The notes under the pieces were generated by a model. It ran no database searches, was not told where the DNA came from, and saw only the letters and a program-made list of their open reading frames with translations. DNA of 38,762 nt from a virus (lineage: Duplodnaviria; Caudoviricetes), in the IMG/VR virus record IMGVR_UViG_3300012942_000022, positions 1 to 38,762 of that record. One strand, 5' to 3'. The position numbers were made by a program, and so were the translations under genes. Below, one piece after another: positions 35,007 to 38,762 of this stretch (its first letter is position 1; every line of letters begins with the position of its first letter).

Positions 35007-35828
35007 CTATATATAGCTTGGCGCGAATTTCTGATACTGGTTCCTCTCCACGAATACGATTGAATTCGCATAGTGGAGAGTCGTTTCAAGGAGCGTGTGT
35101 CGCAACTGATTGCGTAGCGATACAATATCTGCGCCACGCAGAATCATATTGGCCGTCATAGAGTGCCGGAAGAGGTGCGGATATACGCGCTTCGTCATTC
35201 TCGCCCTTTTTGCCACCACCTTTACGAGCTTTCTAACATCTTGCGTGCAGAGTTGATTGCCGCGAACGAGCGTCGTAAAGAGCAGATCATCAGCCGTGCG
35301 TGGAAACGCAGCAAGATATTCCATTACCGAGCGAGAGCATTCAGGGGTGACTTCTGATACGCCGTCCTTGATTCCCTTCCCGCGATAGATGCGTATGACG
35401 TTCTCAGGGATACTGAAGTCTTTTACGCGCAGATTGCAGATCTCTTGGTTGCGGATGCCGGAGTAGGCGAGGATACAGAGAATGGCGTGCTCGCGCACAT
35501 TCCTCGTATTGAAGAGGAGTCGGGTAACTTCAGCTTCAGTAAGCGTATCTTTCACCATCGGCCGTGGCTTCTTTTGTCGACCGAGCTTTATCGGATTCTC
35601 GATGAAGGCCATGTATTGCTCGATGGCGAGCACGGTATTGAGCTTATGACTATATGAGTAATTGGAAGTATAGAGTTCAAAGACGAATCCCTCGACACGT
35701 TTGTGCGAGGGATTCTCTCCTACTACTCTGGTGAAGCGATCTGCCGCCCCAACATATCCTTTTACCGTAATCGGCTGAAGACCTTTAGAAACAATTAAAT
35801 ACCGTTCGAACGAATGTGCATTTTGCAT
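35007..35828 (-). CDS. Tyrosine recombinase/integrase 2
   Basis: SGIRNQE, GKGIK, HLFRH, LRH and HY; start placed at MQNAHSF (the ORF is open further upstream to 36008). Confidence 0.88.
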   Translation of the reverse strand: MQNAHSFERYLIVSKGLQPITVKGYVGAADRFTRVVGENPSHKRVEGFVFELYTSNYSYSHKLNTVLAIEQYMAFIENPIKLGRQKKPRPMVKDTLTEAEVTRLLFNTRNVREHAILCILAYSGIRNQEICNLRVKDFSIPENVIRIYRGKGIKDGVSEVTPECSRSVMEYLAAFPRTADDLLFTTLVRGNQLCTQDVRKLVKVVAKRARMTKRVYPHLFRHSMTANMILRGADIVSLRNQLRHTLLETTLHYANSIVFVERNQYQKFAPSYI

Positions 35829-36023
35829 AATTCCCAGACGAATTAAGACTATAAATGCGGACGGGCAGAGGGGGTCTGGCCCCTCTGCCCGATTACAGCC
35901 CGTCAGCCGACCGCATTGAGAGTATACATCCTCATCGTGGAAGAGGCGACGATTAAGGTCGCTGAATTTCTCGTCGAGTTCGCGGTTGGTGTAGGGGCGC
36001 GGGGGCATATCGTGCGAATTTCG

Positions 36024-38762
36024 TTAGATAACCCAGATGCGTACTTCACCGGATGCTCCGGCACCGCCTGTAACACCACCACCGCCTCCGCCGCCGGCAG
36101 GAATCGAACCAGCGCCTCCTGTCCCCGAAGTTCCCGTTCCTCCTGAACCTGCTGTTTCGCTCACTCCACCTGCACCGCCACCACAGCCTGCATCACCGCC
36201 GCCTCCGCCGCCTCCGCCACGTATCGAAATACCCCCGTCTTCTCCGTCATCACAATTAGATACGCCGCCGCCTCCGCCGCCTCCGCCGCCGTTGATCGCA
36301 CCGCCTGCGGTGCCTCCATTGTAATGAACGCTTCCCTGTGCTCCACCTGATTCAAATGCGTAATTCGTCGTAGAAATTACAGTTGCGGGAAGGCCACCAG
36401 TACCGGCGTTTGAAGTGCTGCCATTTGCACCAATTCCCAAAAGACCACCACCGCCTCCGCCGCCTCCGCCTGATGCAGCTCCTTGTGAACCTCCTCCTCC
36501 TCCGTATACTTTAATACTTCCGAACGAAGAGGCTCCACCAGCAGTTCCGGCACCGGTACTACCTATTCCTCCTGCTCCGACCGTGACAGAAACAGTACTT
36601 CCGAGCGATGAGATTGGCACGATAGTGTAGTTATACGCTCCACCTGCACCCCCTCCGCCTGCACCATTTGATGTTATACCGCCGCCTCCGCCGCCTCCGC
36701 CACCCCACATTTGTACAACAACCATCTCATCGCCGGAAATTCCTGAAGGCTTCGTCCAGGTACCGCTTGAGGTGAAATCCTGATAGTCGAGAGTTGCAGC
36801 GCCGCCTGGAGCATCCTGCCACGTTGGTACGCCGTCTGCTACGGTCAGAACTTGACCGTCATCGCCTATGCCGAGCTTCGATAGAACGCCGGAAGCTGAA
36901 GCATAGAGCATGTCGCCGACCGAATATGAGGCGATGTTCGTGCCGCCATTGGCTATCGGAAGGATGCCGGTGATCTTGGTGGTCAGGTCGATGGTCGCAT
37001 TGGCAATCATCGAACCGAGAACTTTGAGCGCGCCGATGGTTGTGGTGATGGCGGTCGTTCCTGAACCAGATATATCACCCGAAAGAGTAATCGTCTGGTT
37101 CTCCGTAAGGTACGAACTCGTGTCTACCGAGAGTACACCTGAGGAATCGGTCTTTACGAATCCGGCAGTCGTGAGATTCGAAAGGGTAGAGATATTCTGG
37201 CTCGTATTGACCGAGAACGCGCCTCCGGTGAGAGTGAGGCCCGTTCCTGCGGTTGTGGTAGGCTCCCAAGTCGGAGCGCTTCCGGCACCGGCCGAGGTAA
37301 GTACATATCCTGATGTTCCGGCGTCTCCTCCGGGCATGAATGCACCAGGAATCCTCAAGTTTCCTGCAAGATACGTATCCGTTATGTCATCATTGCCGAT
37401 CGTTGCCGTATTCGAACCGTTGCCCGTTAAAGAATTCCCGAAGACGATCTCGTTCATGTCGCCGTTTGCATGCGCGCGGGTATTGTATCCGATATAGAGC
37501 GAGTCAGTGGATGAGCTATTGGCAGTCGAGCCATCTGCGATGTACCGTCCCGCAGCAGAACCGAGCGCGGTATTGTTGGACCCGATCGTATTCCCGTACA
37601 AGGAATTAAGACCTATGGCTGTGTTCCCATCTCCTGTCGTGTTTCCGAAAAGAGAGTACGTGCCAAATCCCGTATTCGAATCACCTGTCGTATTCTGGTA
37701 AAGGCTGCCGTACCCGTTTCCGAGATTGGATTGACCTGTGGTATTTGAATATAGTGTGAAATAGCCAACAGCCGTGTTATATGCGCCTGTCGTGTTTGCG
37801 TTAAGCGCGGATGCGCCAAGCGCAGTGTTGGTAGAGATACTCGAATTCCCTGTGCCAATCGTAAGCCCACCTATCGTGGCATCGTTAGTGACAGTGAGCT
37901 TCGATCCGTCAAAAGTGAGGCTTGAGCTCCCCGCGAATGATCCGTTCGCATTGTACTGAATCGTTGAAGATGCTCCTTCTGGCGCGCCACTTCCGGACAC
38001 CGTAGCCCAGCTGACTGTGCCGGAGCCGTCTGTCTGAAGTACTTGATTCTCGGTCCCGTCTGTACTTGGCAGTGTGTACGCCCCTATCTTCACCTTGCCG
38101 TTCACTTCAAGCTTCTGGGAAGGATTAGTAGTACCAATACCCACATTCCCCGTCGAACCCTGAATGGTAAGCCGTGATGTCGGAGTGACCGTCCCGCCGG
38201 CTGTTACCGTATCGCCGGATGCGAAGAATTGCGTATCGCCGTTATAGTCGAACTCCATGCCGCCATACCCAACAACAGCACCGGATGACGCCGCTATAGT
38301 CTTATACGCGTCAGTGTCGCTTGGGTCGCCATGAAGATTCCTGCCGATAAGAATGTTGTTGAAGTTCGCGCGCTTGGACTGGCCTATGACTAGGTTCCGC
38401 GAGTCAGGGAGCCCCAAGCGGAATTCTGGATTAGAGGAGGTGGTAGTGAGGTCTAACGTCGCTTGCGGGTTGGTAATACCAATTCCCACATTCCCTCCGG
38501 TGAATATGTTGTTTCCCCCCGTACCGGGTATGAACTCTATACTGCCAGGATTCGTTGCTGCTTCATTTCCATACAGCTTTATTCGTGCACCTCTTGTTGC
38601 TGCAGTCGCTCCACCCCCGGCCAGGGTTAAGACTTTGTTATCTGAACCGTCGGAGGTATCTACTACTACTTGGGGATTTACACCATTTAATGTAAGTAGA
38701 TTACCTTGTATGTTTCCATTCACATCCAACTTCGCGCTCGGTGATGTCGTGCCAACACCTAC
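36024..38762 (-). CDS. C-terminal part of tail-fibre/adhesin-like protein (begins at 801, crosses the origin)
   Basis: GNVGIG modules, tandem NTTGxxNTxxG repeats, GQVL/GYVL fibre knots, Gly-rich C-terminal domain (FTSSGTWTKP...GEVRIWVI). Confidence 0.85.
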   Translation of the reverse strand, partial: VGVGTTSPSAKLDVNGNIQGNLLTLNGVNPQVVVDTSDGSDNKVLTLAGGGATAATRGARIKLYGNEAATNPGSIEFIPGTGGNNIFTGGNVGIGITNPQATLDLTTTSSNPEFRLGLPDSRNLVIGQSKRANFNNILIGRNLHGDPSDTDAYKTIAASSGAVVGYGGMEFDYNGDTQFFASGDTVTAGGTVTPTSRLTIQGSTGNVGIGTTNPSQKLEVNGKVKIGAYTLPSTDGTENQVLQTDGSGTVSWATVSGSGAPEGASSTIQYNANGSFAGSSSLTFDGSKLTVTNDATIGGLTIGTGNSSISTNTALGASALNANTTGAYNTAVGYFTLYSNTTGQSNLGNGYGSLYQNTTGDSNTGFGTYSLFGNTTGDGNTAIGLNSLYGNTIGSNNTALGSAAGRYIADGSTANSSSTDSLYIGYNTRAHANGDMNEIVFGNSLTGNGSNTATIGNDDITDTYLAGNLRIPGAFMPGGDAGTSGYVLTSAGAGSAPTWEPTTTAGTGLTLTGGAFSVNTSQNISTLSNLTTAGFVKTDSSGVLSVDTSSYLTENQTITLSGDISGSGTTAITTTIGALKVLGSMIANATIDLTTKITGILPIANGGTNIASYSVGDMLYASASGVLSKLGIGDDGQVLTVADGVPTWQDAPGGAATLDYQDFTSSGTWTKPSGISGDEMVVVQMWGGGGGGGGGITSNGAGGGGAGGAYNYTIVPISSLGSTVSVTVGAGGIGSTGAGTAGGASSFGSIKVYGGGGGSQGAASGGGGGGGGGLLGIGANGSTSNAGTGGLPATVISTTNYAFESGGAQGSVHYNGGTAGGAINGGGGGGGGGVSNCDDGEDGGISIRGGGGGGGGDAGCGGGAGGVSETAGSGGTGTSGTGGAGSIPAGGGGGGGVTGGAGASGEVRIWVI
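38640..38762. repeat. Terminal direct repeat copy 2 (circularisation overlap)
   Basis: Identical to 1-123. Confidence 0.97.

Larger units (their letters stand above)
1..38762. mobile_element. Complete (circularised) tailed bacteriophage genome, probably temperate, short-tail (podovirus-like) gene layout; unique length 38639 bp
   Basis: Terminase small/large, portal, scaffold, capsid, tail, lysis, replication and recombinase genes are present. Exact 123-bp terminal overlap with an ORF reading through it. No tape-measure or sheath gene recognised. Confidence 0.92.

Noticed and set aside
36024-36400. Tail-fibre C-terminus as a DGR target
   Set aside because: No similarity to the TR was found by eye; the CCGCCTCCG repeats there just encode poly-Gly.
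2054-37959. Many long plus-strand ORFs in the track (e.g. 3871-4563, 4703-5425, 15100-15795, 31527-32321)
   Set aside because: They are antisense shadows of well-supported minus-strand genes, with no motifs of their own.
1-38762. Stop-codon reassignment
   Set aside because: Genes are long and tightly packed under the standard code, with TGA, TAG and TAA all used as stops.

Overview
The window is an apparently complete ~38.6 kb circular(ised) tailed-phage genome. Bases 1-123 repeat exactly at 38640-38762, and one tail-fibre/adhesin-like ORF reads through that junction. Almost all genes are on the minus strand. It carries TerS/TerL, a portal, scaffold and major capsid protein, short-tail-type structural genes and a 1730-aa putative ejection protein with a zeta-toxin-like kinase domain. 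It also has a lambda-O-like initiator with internal iterons, two tyrosine recombinases and lysis genes. The main feature is a complete diversity-generating retroelement: RT (24532-25554, -), an Avd-like gene (25483-25851, +, antisense) and a 101-bp template repeat (25869-25969). Its two variable repeats (26582-26682, 29212-29312) differ from the template almost only at template adenines. They lie inside two small paralogous early-region genes, not the tail fibre. Six copies of a TGTCGGAAT box at fixed spacing from a TAnnnT -10 element precede structural/lysis operons, mostly giving near-leaderless mRNAs. Several structured intergenic RNAs are present, including a pseudoknot-capable element upstream of the scaffold/capsid genes. 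A CPR/Patescibacteria host is suspected by inference only. All protein calls are from motifs and gene order read by eye; no searches were run.
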